DNA of 64,000 nucleotides. It comes from an uncultured Desulfosarcina sp. (GTDB taxonomy: Bacteria > Desulfobacterota > Desulfobacteria > Desulfobacterales > Desulfosarcinaceae). Positions 1 through 9,878 of the stretch are shown here, piece after piece. A program made the position numbers and the translations under genes. How positions within the stretch are numbered: the first letter of the stretch is position 1; each line of letters opens with the position of its first letter. Where the stretch lies: the NCBI GenBank assembly GCA_963674945.2, contig CAXXWQ010000001.1, positions 224,001 to 288,000 of the forward strand, read 5' to 3'. The notes beneath the pieces were generated by a model that worked only from the letters and a program-made list of their open reading frames with translations, searched no databases and was not told the DNA's origin.

Positions 1-320
1 AGCCTGCAGCCTATGGAGATGCGCAGGCCATGATTTTCCATTTTTTCCAGCCTGTGAAAGATATTTTCCATTTCATCGGCAGGGAATGTCCTGTCGACCA
101 CGAGATGGCGTCCATGACAGTCGGCTGCCAATTTACGGATGAGAGCGACAAACGATCCGGTATCCACAGCGGTATGGTTTTCAGGTGCATTCCAAAAAAT
201 GTGCGCCTCATACCCTTCTTCGAGCATCTTTCGTATCTCGGCCACTGTGTGCGGTATTGTCTTGCCTGCGGGTTTTCTTGCCCGTACGATGCGAATGGAG
301 AATGAATGGTTTCCGGTCAT
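1..320 (-). CDS. Hypothetical protein, 5' part only (runs off the window edge); divergent from the gshB-like cluster
   Basis: Hand translation from ATG at 320 gives an open frame to position 1: MTGNHSFSIRIVRARKPAGKTIPHTVAEIRKMLEEGYEAHIFWNAPE...; absent from the ORF track because there is no stop in the window. Confidence 0.55.
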   Translation of the reverse strand, partial: MTGNHSFSIRIVRARKPAGKTIPHTVAEIRKMLEEGYEAHIFWNAPENHTAVDTGSFVALIRKLAADCHGRHLVVDRTFPADEMENIFHRLEKMENHGLRISIGCR

Positions 321-565
321 GGGCAATATCGACTTTTTTGCTTTTTGAGGAAACGAGACGAATGGTACCGGATGTATGTCCGAGCCTAAACGGTAAGCAA
401 AAAACGGTACCGTGTCAATCGACAAGGGAACCAAACCACGGGGCGTGAGATTGGTTCAAGTGAGCGTATGCTGAAAAAATGGCCGGGGCTTGCCAATTAC
501 CGCCAATTTCAGTAGTAATATACCTGTCCAAGGCGTTCCCTCCAAAAAAAAGGAACTCTTCTGCC

Positions 566-1576
566 ATGAAGATCGCTTTTCTGATGGATCCGCTGGAGAC
601 CATACAGCCGGAATACGAAACCACAAGCCATCTCATGTACGAGTGCAACGAGCGAGGTCACACGGTTTATTTTCTGGAGTCCCACGACGTGTATATCCGT
701 CGGGACCAGGTGGTGGCCCGTATGCGCAACATCACCGTCAAACCCGGGTTGTCCATGGAAGCGTATTGGCAGGAACTGATTCGTTGCACCAAGCAGGACC
801 ATCTTATCTTCGAAACCATCACCGAACTCGATGCCCTGTTTTTGCGCAGCAATCCACCCCTCAACTACCAGACCATAGAGTTTTTGCAGACCGTCAACGA
901 TCACGTCTTCATTCTCAACAGCACGACCGGTCAGATTTTGGGAAACAGCAAACTCTATATCCTCAACTTTCCCGAGATTATTCCCGAGACCCATGTTTCG
1001 AGAGATCCTGCCCGACTGCGCAAGATTATCGACGATTTTGGCGGTGCCATGGTGGTCAAACCCCTGCAACGGTTCGGTGGGGAGGGGGTGATCAAGGTGA
1101 GTACCCGGGATCGGACGAATCTCAACTCCCTGATTCATTACTACGTCAAGGCCTATAAAACCTATGCCCAGCGCGAACCCATCATGGTACAGGAATACCT
1201 GAAAAGCGTCAGACAGGATGGTGACATTCGCATTCTTTTGCTCAACGGTGAAATCATCGGCGCCATGCGGCGCAAACCCAAAGACGGGGACTTTCGTACA
1301 AATGTTCACGCCGGTGGTCATGTATTCGCCCATCGGGTGACGGCCAAGGAGAGGCGGATCTGTGAGACGATTAAGGATAAATTGATCGCCGACGGCCTCT
1401 ATTTCGTGGGGATCGATGTCATCGCAGGAAAACTGGTGGAGGTCAACTGCGTCAGTCCGGGGGGGGTACCGCGAATCAACCAGCTCAACGGTGATCACAT
1501 CGAAGCCAAGGTCATCGATTTTATCGAGCAGAAGGTGAGATTCCTCCAGTCTTCACCCGCGGCAAAGCCGGCATGA
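566..1576 (+). CDS. gshB: Glutathione synthetase-like ATP-grasp ligase (GshB family)
   Basis: MKIAFLMDPLE N-terminus; RSNPP, VVKPLQRFGGEGV, MVQEYL, GDIRILLLNG, FRTNVHAGG and FVGIDVI..EVNCVSPGG motifs. Confidence 0.85.
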   Translation: MKIAFLMDPLETIQPEYETTSHLMYECNERGHTVYFLESHDVYIRRDQVVARMRNITVKPGLSMEAYWQELIRCTKQDHLIFETITELDALFLRSNPPLNYQTIEFLQTVNDHVFILNSTTGQILGNSKLYILNFPEIIPETHVSRDPARLRKIIDDFGGAMVVKPLQRFGGEGVIKVSTRDRTNLNSLIHYYVKAYKTYAQREPIMVQEYLKSVRQDGDIRILLLNGEIIGAMRRKPKDGDFRTNVHAGGHVFAHRVTAKERRICETIKDKLIADGLYFVGIDVIAGKLVEVNCVSPGGVPRINQLNGDHIEAKVIDFIEQKVRFLQSSPAAKPA

Positions 1577-3294
1577 TGGCAACGCGGGAGCCTAAAATCT
1601 ACCGTCTGCTCCTGTGGATTGGACTGCTTTTGGCCCTATCGGCCTGCAAAGAAACAAGACCGAATACCGTATTGCGGATCGGTTTGGCGGAAGAACCCCG
1701 CACCCTCAACGTCTGGCTGGCAAGCGACGCCAATTCCCGAAAGGTGCTCAGTTTGATCTACCAGCCGCTATACGTGATCGATCCCGTCACCCTGGACCTG
1801 ATACCATGGTTGGCCCGGTCCCTGCCGGTTTACGATCCAAGCCGTTTCACCTATACGGTGCACTTGCGATCCGCCCGGTGGTCCGACGGATTGCCATTCA
1901 CATCCAGGGATGTGGCCTTTACCGGATCACTCATCCAGGCCTTCAAGGTTCCCCGTTACGCTTCCAAATGGCGGTTCGTCGACCGTGTGGAGACACCCGA
2001 TGACCAAACCGTCGTTTTTTGCCTGAAAAAGCCCATGGCCACCTTTCTCACCGGTACCCTGGCCACTCCCATCGTGCAGGCCGACCGGTGGGCCGCCGTG
2101 GCCCAAAAGGCAAAGACGACCCAAAACCCTTTGTCCACATTGATCAACCACCGGGTGGAAAGCCCGGTGGGGACCGGTCCCTTTGTCCTGAAACAGTGGC
2201 GGAAAGGGGCCTTTTTGCACCTTTCCCGCAATCCCTATTTTTTTGGAACGGGTGAAATGATCAACGGACGAAGGCTCGGTCCCTTCGTGGATGACCTGGT
2301 CTATTCGGTGTTCGGTACCTCCGATGTGGCCATTCTGGCACTGAAAAAAGGAAGCATCGACATGTTCTGGTGGCCCATCCAGCCCGGATATGTGGCGGAT
2401 CTGAAACGGTCCAAAGAGATCCGGCTGTTTACCAACGAGAAAAACGCCCTCTACTTTCTCGGTTTCAACCTGCGGCACCCTCCGTTCGAGGATCTGGCCC
2501 TTCGCCGCGCCGTTGCCTATCTCATCGACAAGGATTTCATCGTTTCACGGATTCTTCAGGGGCAGGGCACCAAGATGTTTTCGGTGGTGTCGGCGGAAAA
2601 TCGTTTCTGGTGCTGTGATACGGTGCCGCGATACGGAGACGGCATGGACCGGAATGCGCGCATCCAGGCCGCCTACCGAATCCTCACCGATGCGGGGTAT
2701 AGCTGGGAGACGCCACCTGTGGATGCCCAGGGCAACGTGCAGCCGGCAACGGGGTTTCGTCTGCCGGACGGGCGCTTGATGGAGCGATTCACGATCCTGA
2801 CGCCGCCTGCGGATTACGACCCCCACAGGGCCACCAGCGGACTGATGATCCAGGAGTGGCTCAGACAAGTGGGGATGCCCGCCTTTGCCCGACCCATGGC
2901 CTTTTCGGCTCTGCTTGCCAGGATCAAGGGCAATCGGGACTTCGATGCCTTCATCCTTGGATACGGAAGACTGAGTCTGGACCCGGGGTACGTGCGTAAC
3001 TTTTTTCATTCCACCAACGACAAGCCACGGGGATGGAACATGAGCGGATACCATAATCCGACATTCGATGCCGTTGCCGATCGATCCACGAGCGAGATGG
3101 ATCCTGAAAAGCGTCGGGCATTGGTAATGGAAATGCAGATGATGATCGCCCGGGACCTGCCCTATATTCCCCTGTACAAACCCTCCGTGGTGGAAGCGGT
3201 GCGAAAGGACCGTTTTGCCGGGTGGGTGGAGATGATGGAGGGAATCGGGAATATCTGGTCGATGTGCATGGTGAAACCAATTGAAAATGGATAA
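1573..3294 (+). CDS. Peptide/nickel ABC transporter substrate-binding lipoprotein (family 5, OppA/DppA-like)
   Basis: Lipobox LALSAC; ARWSDG.PFTSRDV, PVGTGPF, LRRAVAYLID and DLPYIPLY motifs; ATGA overlap with the upstream gene. Confidence 0.92.
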   Translation: MMATREPKIYRLLLWIGLLLALSACKETRPNTVLRIGLAEEPRTLNVWLASDANSRKVLSLIYQPLYVIDPVTLDLIPWLARSLPVYDPSRFTYTVHLRSARWSDGLPFTSRDVAFTGSLIQAFKVPRYASKWRFVDRVETPDDQTVVFCLKKPMATFLTGTLATPIVQADRWAAVAQKAKTTQNPLSTLINHRVESPVGTGPFVLKQWRKGAFLHLSRNPYFFGTGEMINGRRLGPFVDDLVYSVFGTSDVAILALKKGSIDMFWWPIQPGYVADLKRSKEIRLFTNEKNALYFLGFNLRHPPFEDLALRRAVAYLIDKDFIVSRILQGQGTKMFSVVSAENRFWCCDTVPRYGDGMDRNARIQAAYRILTDAGYSWETPPVDAQGNVQPATGFRLPDGRLMERFTILTPPADYDPHRATSGLMIQEWLRQVGMPAFARPMAFSALLARIKGNRDFDAFILGYGRLSLDPGYVRNFFHSTNDKPRGWNMSGYHNPTFDAVADRSTSEMDPEKRRALVMEMQMMIARDLPYIPLYKPSVVEAVRKDRFAGWVEMMEGIGNIWSMCMVKPIENG

Positions 3295-3398
3295 TGAAGA
3301 ATTAGTAAAACTACTGGTTTCCATCGTAAAGACATCACGGAATAAAATTTGATGAAATCCGTTTCTAATTTTCAATTTTCAATTTTCAATTCTCAATT
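3279..3398. repeat. Inverted pair of AT-rich heptamer tandem arrays
   Basis: aattgaa-aatggat-aatgaag-aattagt at 3279-3306 and tctaatt-ttcaatt x3-ctcaatt at 3364-3398. Confidence 0.75.
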
Positions 3399-4368
3399 AA
3401 GGCGGTTCATATTCCGGCGGTGTATCGAGATCATTTTGATCTTTTTCGTGATCATGACGGTGCTCTTCGTTCTCTTTCGCCTGGCGCCCGGTGATCCGGT
3501 GGAACGAATGGTGGATCCATCCATGACGCCGGAAGATGCCCGGGTCCTCACCGAAACCCTGGGGCTGGATCGGCCTGTTCTGACCCAGTACCTATACTAC
3601 CTGAAAAACGTCGCTTCCGGGAACCTGGGGGTCTCTTTTCATTATGGCGAGCCGGTGATCCACATCCTGATGAACCGTCTGCCCAACACCATCTTGCTCT
3701 TTACCACCGCCATCCTCCTGTCGGCGTTTTTGGGGGTGTTTTTCGGAAAGATCGCCGCGTGGAAAAAAGGATCGCCCACCGACACCTGGATGACCATCGG
3801 TGCCGTTTTCTGTCACACCCTGTTTCTTCCCTGGTTGGCGCTGATCATGATCTGGTTTTTCGCCTACCGGGTGGGGTGGTTCCCCATCACCGGCATGGTG
3901 TCACCACAGGTGTGGATCGATCCGGATGCAGGTTTCCTGCGAAAGGCCCTGGATGTGCTGCACCACCTGGCCCTTCCCCTCATGACGCTGGTGGTGATTC
4001 ACTTCGGCAGCTACCTTCTGGTCATGCGCGGCGGCATGCTCGACACGCTCAAGGAGGACTACATCCTTACCGCCCGTGCCAAGGGGCTTTCGGAAAAGGC
4101 CATCCGGGACCGTCACGCAGCTCCCAATGCGGCCCTGCCCGTGGTGACCAGCGTGGGTCTGAGCCTGGCCTTTTCCATCAACGGTGGCGCCCTGACCGAG
4201 ACGGTCTTTACCTGGCCGGGCATCGGCCGGGAACTCGTTTTTGCGGTCAGCCACAGTGACTATCCCCTGGCCCAGGCCGCTTTTTTGCTCATTGCCATCG
4301 TGGTGCTGACGGCCAATCTGGTGGTGGATGTGCTTTACGCATTCCTGGATCCGAGGATACGATACTGA
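3349..4368 (+). CDS. Peptide ABC transporter permease (OppB/DppB-like); start uncertain
   Basis: LAPGDP, LGLDRP..QY, EAA-like DYILTARAKGLSE and ETVFTWPGIG motifs; ends LDPRIRY. Confidence 0.92.
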   Translation: MMKSVSNFQFSIFNSQLRRFIFRRCIEIILIFFVIMTVLFVLFRLAPGDPVERMVDPSMTPEDARVLTETLGLDRPVLTQYLYYLKNVASGNLGVSFHYGEPVIHILMNRLPNTILLFTTAILLSAFLGVFFGKIAAWKKGSPTDTWMTIGAVFCHTLFLPWLALIMIWFFAYRVGWFPITGMVSPQVWIDPDAGFLRKALDVLHHLALPLMTLVVIHFGSYLLVMRGGMLDTLKEDYILTARAKGLSEKAIRDRHAAPNAALPVVTSVGLSLAFSINGGALTETVFTWPGIGRELVFAVSHSDYPLAQAAFLLIAIVVLTANLVVDVLYAFLDPRIRY

Positions 4369-4369
4369 C

Positions 4370-5326
4370 ATGTCCAAGACGTCACCCGACAGCCAGTTGC
4401 AGGAGAACATGCCCGAAACGGCGGCGGACCGGCATGGATCCCATTGGGTTCGGCGGTTTTTGGACGGCTGGTCCATCTATCGGCAAAGCATCATCGGTCG
4501 CATCGGTCTCATGCTGCTGGCGCTGTTCGCGCTCATGGCCGCGGCCAGCTTCATTCCCCCCCTGGTGGATCCCATGTACCACCCCATGACCGGCGTGGAC
4601 CCCGAGATATCCTATAGCACAGGACCCAGCCTTCGCCACATTCTGGGCACCGACAACATCGGCCGGGATATCTTCAGCCAACTGTTGGCCGGCGCCCGAA
4701 TCGCCTTCATGGTGGGGATCTGTTCCGCCTTCATCAGCATCGTGTTCGGTACCACCATCGGCATGGTGTCCGGATACGCCGGCGGCTTGACCGATGCAAT
4801 GCTCATGCGTCTTTCCGACATGGTCATGGTCATGCCCACCCTGCTGGTGGTGTTGATCCTGTCGGCGCTTTTCGGCCAACTGAGCATCTGGGTCATCGTG
4901 CTGATGATCGCCCTGTTTCGATGGCCCGGCGTCGCCCGGGTAATCCGTTCCCAGACCCTTTCTTTGCGCCACAGGCCCTTCATCGACGCGGCACGGGTCA
5001 CGGGTGCATCTCACCTTCGCATCCTCTTTCGGCATATCCTGCCCAACGTGATGCCCCTTTCCCTGCTCTACATGACATTTCGGGTCACATCGGCCATCGT
5101 CATCGAGGCGGCCCTGGCGTTTTTGGGCTTCGGCGACCCGGGTACCGTGAGTTGGGGCATGATGCTGCAGTGGGCCTGGAAGACGGGACACATGTTCCAG
5201 GCCCCGTACTGGCTCATCCCTCCGGGTATCTGCATCTCCCTGATCACCATGGCGTTTTATATGACCGGGCGGGCCATGGATGACGTGCTGGACCCCCGAC
5301 TGCGCAAGACGGAGGCCGGAAGATGA
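4370..5326 (+). CDS. Peptide ABC transporter permease (OppC/DppC-like)
   Basis: HILGTDNIGRDIF, FIDAARVTGAS..RILFRHILPN and SWGMML motifs; ends LDPR. Confidence 0.92.
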   Translation: MSKTSPDSQLQENMPETAADRHGSHWVRRFLDGWSIYRQSIIGRIGLMLLALFALMAAASFIPPLVDPMYHPMTGVDPEISYSTGPSLRHILGTDNIGRDIFSQLLAGARIAFMVGICSAFISIVFGTTIGMVSGYAGGLTDAMLMRLSDMVMVMPTLLVVLILSALFGQLSIWVIVLMIALFRWPGVARVIRSQTLSLRHRPFIDAARVTGASHLRILFRHILPNVMPLSLLYMTFRVTSAIVIEAALAFLGFGDPGTVSWGMMLQWAWKTGHMFQAPYWLIPPGICISLITMAFYMTGRAMDDVLDPRLRKTEAGR

Positions 5327-6297
5327 CGACGCCTCTGTTGGAAGTGGAAGATCTGAGCATCGGATACCGTTCCGGAAACGAAGTTCACCTGGCCGTGGAA
5401 AAGGTCTCCTTTCGGGTGGACCACGGCGGCGCATTCGGCCTGGTGGGAGAATCCGGTTGCGGCAAGACCACCATCGGCATGGCTCTCATGGGATTGCTGC
5501 CATCCAATGCCAAGGTCGTCTCCGGCAGAATCGGCTTTCAGGGCCGGGACCTGACCGCCATGGACGAAGCGGACATGCAAAAGATCCGATGGCGGCAGAT
5601 TTCCATGATTTTCCAGGCCGCCATGAATGCCCTCAACCCGGTACATCGGATACAGGATCAGATTGCGGAAGCCATTTTCCTGCACGAACCGGAACTGTCC
5701 AGTCACGCCGTGGCTCACCGGACCCGCGCACTCTTCGAACTGGTAAAGATCCCGCTTGACCGGCTGCGGGACTATCCCCACCAGTTCTCCGGCGGCATGC
5801 GCCAGCGGGTCGTCATCGCCATGGCCCTTGCCTGCAACCCATGTCTGATCATCGCCGATGAACCGACCACGGCGTTGGATGTCATCGTCCAGAGTCAGAT
5901 ATTGCAGGCCATCTGCAATTTTCAAAAGGAGATGAACATCGGCATGGTTTTCATCTCCCACGACATTGCCGTCGTCGGGGATGTGTGCTCTACTATCGGC
6001 GTCATGCATGCCGGTCGCCTGGTGGAGACGGGCCAACGGGAGGAGGTTCTGGATTGTCCGGGCCACCCATACACCCAAATGCTGGTGGGCAGCATGTTGA
6101 GGCTTTCGGAACAGCCCGCGGACCTTTCGGACACGACCTGCCACTGCGATGACCGCAGTGGCGGTGACGACCGGGGGTGTCCCATGTACACAACCTGTAC
6201 GAAACGGATACCGGCATGCCGTAAGGAACGTGTCGAGTGGGTAACACTTACCGAAACCCACCGGGTCCGCTGCCACCTGGCAGAAAAGGGGCGATAA
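5323..6297 (+). CDS. Peptide ABC transporter ATP-binding protein (OppD/DppD-like)
   Basis: Walker [24 protein letters not shown] and HPYT motifs; Cys-rich C-terminus. Confidence 0.93.
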   Translation: MTTPLLEVEDLSIGYRSGNEVHLAVEKVSFRVDHGGAFGLVGESGCGKTTIGMALMGLLPSNAKVVSGRIGFQGRDLTAMDEADMQKIRWRQISMIFQAAMNALNPVHRIQDQIAEAIFLHEPELSSHAVAHRTRALFELVKIPLDRLRDYPHQFSGGMRQRVVIAMALACNPCLIIADEPTTALDVIVQSQILQAICNFQKEMNIGMVFISHDIAVVGDVCSTIGVMHAGRLVETGQREEVLDCPGHPYTQMLVGSMLRLSEQPADLSDTTCHCDDRSGGDDRGCPMYTTCTKRIPACRKERVEWVTLTETHRVRCHLAEKGR

Positions 6298-6298
6298 G

Positions 6299-7273
6299 AT
6301 GGATGCCCCCCTTCTCACCATCTCGGCGGTGACCAAGGTGTTTTCTGCCCAGGCCTCTCTTTTCGGCCAAACCGGAAAGCCGGTGGTAGCACTGGATCGC
6401 TTCTCACTTGCCATCGACGAGGGTGAAATTTTCGGGTTGGTGGGAGAGAGCGGGAGCGGCAAAACCACTGTGAGCCGACTGATCGTCGGCCTGGAAAAAC
6501 CCGATTCGGGAGAGATACGCTACGAAGGAAAACGGATCACGGGGCTTGCCGGGCGGGCCCGAAAAGACTTTGCCAAAAGGGTCCAGATCGTCTTCCAGGA
6601 CCCCTATCAGAGTCTGAACGCCCATCTTTCCATCTTCGATACCGTCTGCGAACCGTTAATCGTTCATGGGATCAAGGGGAGAGCCCATCGTAAAGAGCAG
6701 GTGGTCCAGGCATTGGCGCTCGCCGGACTCACCCCGGCCACGATCTATCTGGACCGGTATCCCCATCAACTGTCCGGGGGGCAGCGGCAGCGGGTGGCCA
6801 TCGCCCGTGCCATGGTGCTCTCGCCCCGGTTTCTCATCGCAGACGAGCCCACCTCCATGCTGGATGCCTCCATATCCTTTCAGATCTTCCGGTTGCTGCG
6901 AAGGCTTCGATCGACTGCCGGCGTCACCATGCTGTTCATCACCCACAGCCTGGCGGCGGCACGAAATCTTTGTGACCGGGTGGGTGTGATATACAACGGG
7001 CGTATCGTGGAAGTGGGGTCGGCCGAGCAAACCATCATGGACCCCATGCACCCCTACACCAAAGCCCTGCTGGATGCCCATCCCCGGTTCGGAAGCAGTT
7101 ACCGTCAACCTTACGGTACCCTGCGCCGGATCGAACGTCCCGTGCCGGAAACCGACCACTGTCCGTTCTATCCCCGCTGCCGATCGGCCTTACAAGACAC
7201 CTGCAATCAAAAAATTCCGGACTTGACACGGTTGGATGATGGCCGACGGGTCTCCTGTTTCCTTTATGGATAA
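6299..7273 (+). CDS. Peptide ABC transporter ATP-binding protein (OppF/DppF-like)
   Basis: GESGSGKT, LSGGQRQR, IADEPT, HPYTKALL and CPFYPRC motifs. Confidence 0.93.
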   Translation: MDAPLLTISAVTKVFSAQASLFGQTGKPVVALDRFSLAIDEGEIFGLVGESGSGKTTVSRLIVGLEKPDSGEIRYEGKRITGLAGRARKDFAKRVQIVFQDPYQSLNAHLSIFDTVCEPLIVHGIKGRAHRKEQVVQALALAGLTPATIYLDRYPHQLSGGQRQRVAIARAMVLSPRFLIADEPTSMLDASISFQIFRLLRRLRSTAGVTMLFITHSLAAARNLCDRVGVIYNGRIVEVGSAEQTIMDPMHPYTKALLDAHPRFGSSYRQPYGTLRRIERPVPETDHCPFYPRCRSALQDTCNQKIPDLTRLDDGRRVSCFLYG

Positions 7274-7378
7274 AGACCGGCCGTTGCCTGGGATGAAGAT
7301 AGCCCTTATGTTGGTAAACAATAAACCACAATGGCCTCAGATTCTTCTAAGGAATGATTCAATCAAAACAGTTAACGT

Positions 7379-8833
7379 ATGAATACCGTTTCCATGAACA
7401 ATACGCCATCGAGACATCATTTCCATAAAAATGGAAAGGGACGGGGGATCCGAGAGATTCTGCTGGCCGGTGTGTTCTGGCGAATTCTCGCCATCGAGAT
7501 GATCCTGTTGGCCTGGTCGGTTTTCTACAAGCTGTTTTCCGAAGACGCCAGTGGAGAGCAGTTGTTCTGGTACGCCGTGCGTATCGTCGTTTTGGTGGCA
7601 ATTATCATCTTGTTCATGATGGTCACCTTACGGCGATTTCTGGAAAGGAAAATCATTCGCCCCATGGAGGCGGTAGCAGAGGCCAATCGCCGGCTGGATG
7701 TGACCCTTCCGGAGTTGGACAAGGTAACCGTGGAAGAGGACGCGGCCGTGGAAATCCGGGAGGTGGTTTCCACGCGTGCACGCATGCTCGAAGAGATCCT
7801 CACGGTTTCCAACCAGCGTCTTCAACTGGTGAATTTCATCAAGGATACCTTCGGCCGGTATCTGAGCCGGGAGATCGTGAACGAGATCCTGGAGTCTCCC
7901 GAAGGACGACGGATTGGTGGGCGCCGCCAGACCGTAACCGTTCTCATGTCCGACCTTCGCGGTTTCTCGGATCTGTCCGACGCCCGCGACCCGGAAGATA
8001 TGGTCCAGATTCTCAACCGCTATCTGGCGGCCATGACCCGGGTGATTCAGCAATACGACGGCGTTATCGATGAATTCATCGGAGATGCCATTCTTACGGT
8101 GTTCGGCATACCGGAAGAAAAACCAGACGATCCGGCCCGGGCCGTGGCGTGTGCGCTATCCATGCAGCAAACCCTGGTCGATCTGAACCAGGATCTGCTG
8201 ATGGAGGGATTGCCGGCCCTGGAGATGGGAATCGGGATCAATACCGGTCCGGTTGTGGTGGGAAATCTGGGATCCGAGGTTCGGACCAAATACGGAATTG
8301 TCGGCGCCGTGGTCAATACTGCTTCGCGCATCGAATCCAATACAGTCGGGGGACAGGTGCTGGTGGGCGAAACCACAAGGGAGTGTCTCGGGTCGCTTGT
8401 CACGGTCGAGCAGCCCATGACGGTCATGATGAAAGGGATGAATCGGCCGCTGGTCTGTTATCCGGTGACGGCCATCGGATTACCATACAACATCAGTTCC
8501 TTCCAGCGGCCCGCAGACCCCATGGTGGACCTCAGACTTCCGTTTCAACTGTGGCAGATGGAGGAAAAGCGTGTCGTGGCAGGTCCTTTCACGGGAGAGA
8601 CGCGCCGACTCAACGGGGCAACCATCATCGCGCATATTGAACAGGATTTAGAGACGTTGACAAATGTGAAGCTTCTGTTTCTCTTCTGCCATGCGGCCCA
8701 CTGTTTCTCCGATGCCTATGCAAAGGTGGTCGGCTGTGAAGACGACGGTCGGATGAACGAGTACCGTCTGCATGTCACCTACATGGACCAGGAGGACAGG
8801 CAATTGCTGGACAAGTGGATATTGGCCGTCTGA
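7379..8833 (+). CDS. Membrane-anchored class III nucleotidyl cyclase (probable guanylyl-type), with a HAMP-like linker and a C-terminal PilZ-like domain
   Basis: Two TM segments; TFGRYLS, MSDLRGF, IDEFIGD, GIGINTG.VVVGNLG and KYGIVG..VN.ASRIES motifs. Confidence 0.9.
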   Translation: MNTVSMNNTPSRHHFHKNGKGRGIREILLAGVFWRILAIEMILLAWSVFYKLFSEDASGEQLFWYAVRIVVLVAIIILFMMVTLRRFLERKIIRPMEAVAEANRRLDVTLPELDKVTVEEDAAVEIREVVSTRARMLEEILTVSNQRLQLVNFIKDTFGRYLSREIVNEILESPEGRRIGGRRQTVTVLMSDLRGFSDLSDARDPEDMVQILNRYLAAMTRVIQQYDGVIDEFIGDAILTVFGIPEEKPDDPARAVACALSMQQTLVDLNQDLLMEGLPALEMGIGINTGPVVVGNLGSEVRTKYGIVGAVVNTASRIESNTVGGQVLVGETTRECLGSLVTVEQPMTVMMKGMNRPLVCYPVTAIGLPYNISSFQRPADPMVDLRLPFQLWQMEEKRVVAGPFTGETRRLNGATIIAHIEQDLETLTNVKLLFLFCHAAHCFSDAYAKVVGCEDDGRMNEYRLHVTYMDQEDRQLLDKWILAV

Positions 8834-8872
8834 TCCAATCAACTTCACATCCGCGACGCAAGGAGGGTGTTT

Positions 8873-9790
8873 ATGTCTGACACAAGCCCTGCACCTTTGA
8901 AATCGGTATCCGTTCATGGGGGCTTGCCCGGGAACTTTCGGCTTTTTCGAAAGTGGGTCTGGCTCGTCATCATCTTCTGGTGTTTCTGCGGTTTTCCCTT
9001 GCCGTCTTATGCCCAACATCAAAAAACCATCGTCAACGACCTGAATATGACGTTCGCCCTGATTCCGGCCGGTATGTTCGTCATGGGAAGTCCTTTGACC
9101 GAGGCCCATCGGGGGGAGTCGGAGACGCAGCATCCGGTGACCATCAGCGAACCCTTTTACATGCAGACGACGGAAGTGACGGTGGACCAGTGGCGGATGG
9201 TCATGGGAAGGCGCATATTCGCCCGGAAGAGAGGCACTGGAGACATGCCGGTGGTCCGGGTCTCCTGGTACGACTGTATGAAATTCATTGAAAAGCTCAG
9301 TCAAAAGACGGGCCATCGCTACAGTTTGCCAACCGAAGCCCAATGGGAGTACGCTGCGCGGGCCGGCAGCACAACGGCCTATTTCTGGGGGGACCGAATC
9401 GACTGTTCCCGGGCCATGTTTGCCAACTATCCAAAAAAACATGACGATTGTGTTATCCGCAATCAGGCCATGGGCATTCCGCCTGGCGGTCCCGCACCGG
9501 TCGCCGGTTATGCACCCAATGGGTGGGGGCTGTACGATATGCACGGAAACGTCTGGGAATGGTGTCTGGATCTCTTTTCACCGTACGGCAGGACATCGGT
9601 GGTGGATCCCTGCCAAACCGCTTCCGGTACAAACCGGGTGCGCCGTGGAGGCGGCTGGTTTGGTCCCGGCTATTCCTGTCGAAGTGCCAACCGCGCCCAC
9701 GGCCACCCCATGAGCCGTTTGAATCATACAGGCTTTCGACTGGTCATGGCGTTGCCCCAAAAGGGCGCCGAGAAACAACACGATCGATGA
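8873..9790 (+). CDS. Secreted formylglycine-generating-enzyme (FGE/SUMF1)-fold protein
   Basis: RBS aggagg; signal peptide; IPAGMFVMGS, LPTEAQWEYAAR, PNGWGLYDMHGNVWEW, RGG and GFR motifs. Confidence 0.88.
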   Translation: MSDTSPAPLKSVSVHGGLPGNFRLFRKWVWLVIIFWCFCGFPLPSYAQHQKTIVNDLNMTFALIPAGMFVMGSPLTEAHRGESETQHPVTISEPFYMQTTEVTVDQWRMVMGRRIFARKRGTGDMPVVRVSWYDCMKFIEKLSQKTGHRYSLPTEAQWEYAARAGSTTAYFWGDRIDCSRAMFANYPKKHDDCVIRNQAMGIPPGGPAPVAGYAPNGWGLYDMHGNVWEWCLDLFSPYGRTSVVDPCQTASGTNRVRRGGGWFGPGYSCRSANRAHGHPMSRLNHTGFRLVMALPQKGAEKQHDR

Positions 9791-9878
9791 AGGGACGCGA
9801 AATCCGACTTTGTTCGAGTTGATCAACATTGAAAAAAGAGACTGAATATCACAAGGTGTTGGAAAGGGTACATCCGAT

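Noticed and set aside
509..1498. Long antisense or alternative-frame ORFs (e.g. 509-1498, 4382-5434, 23463-24524, 33185-34222, 49100-50455, 57700-58968, 59482-60708)
   Set aside because: They are shadows of well-supported genes in GC-rich DNA and carry no family motifs.
8873..9790. FGE-fold protein as a true formylglycine-generating enzyme or a diversity-generating retroelement target
   Set aside because: The catalytic CxxxxC pair after RGGS is absent (RGGGWFGPGYSC), and there is no sulfatase, reverse transcriptase or template repeat in the window.
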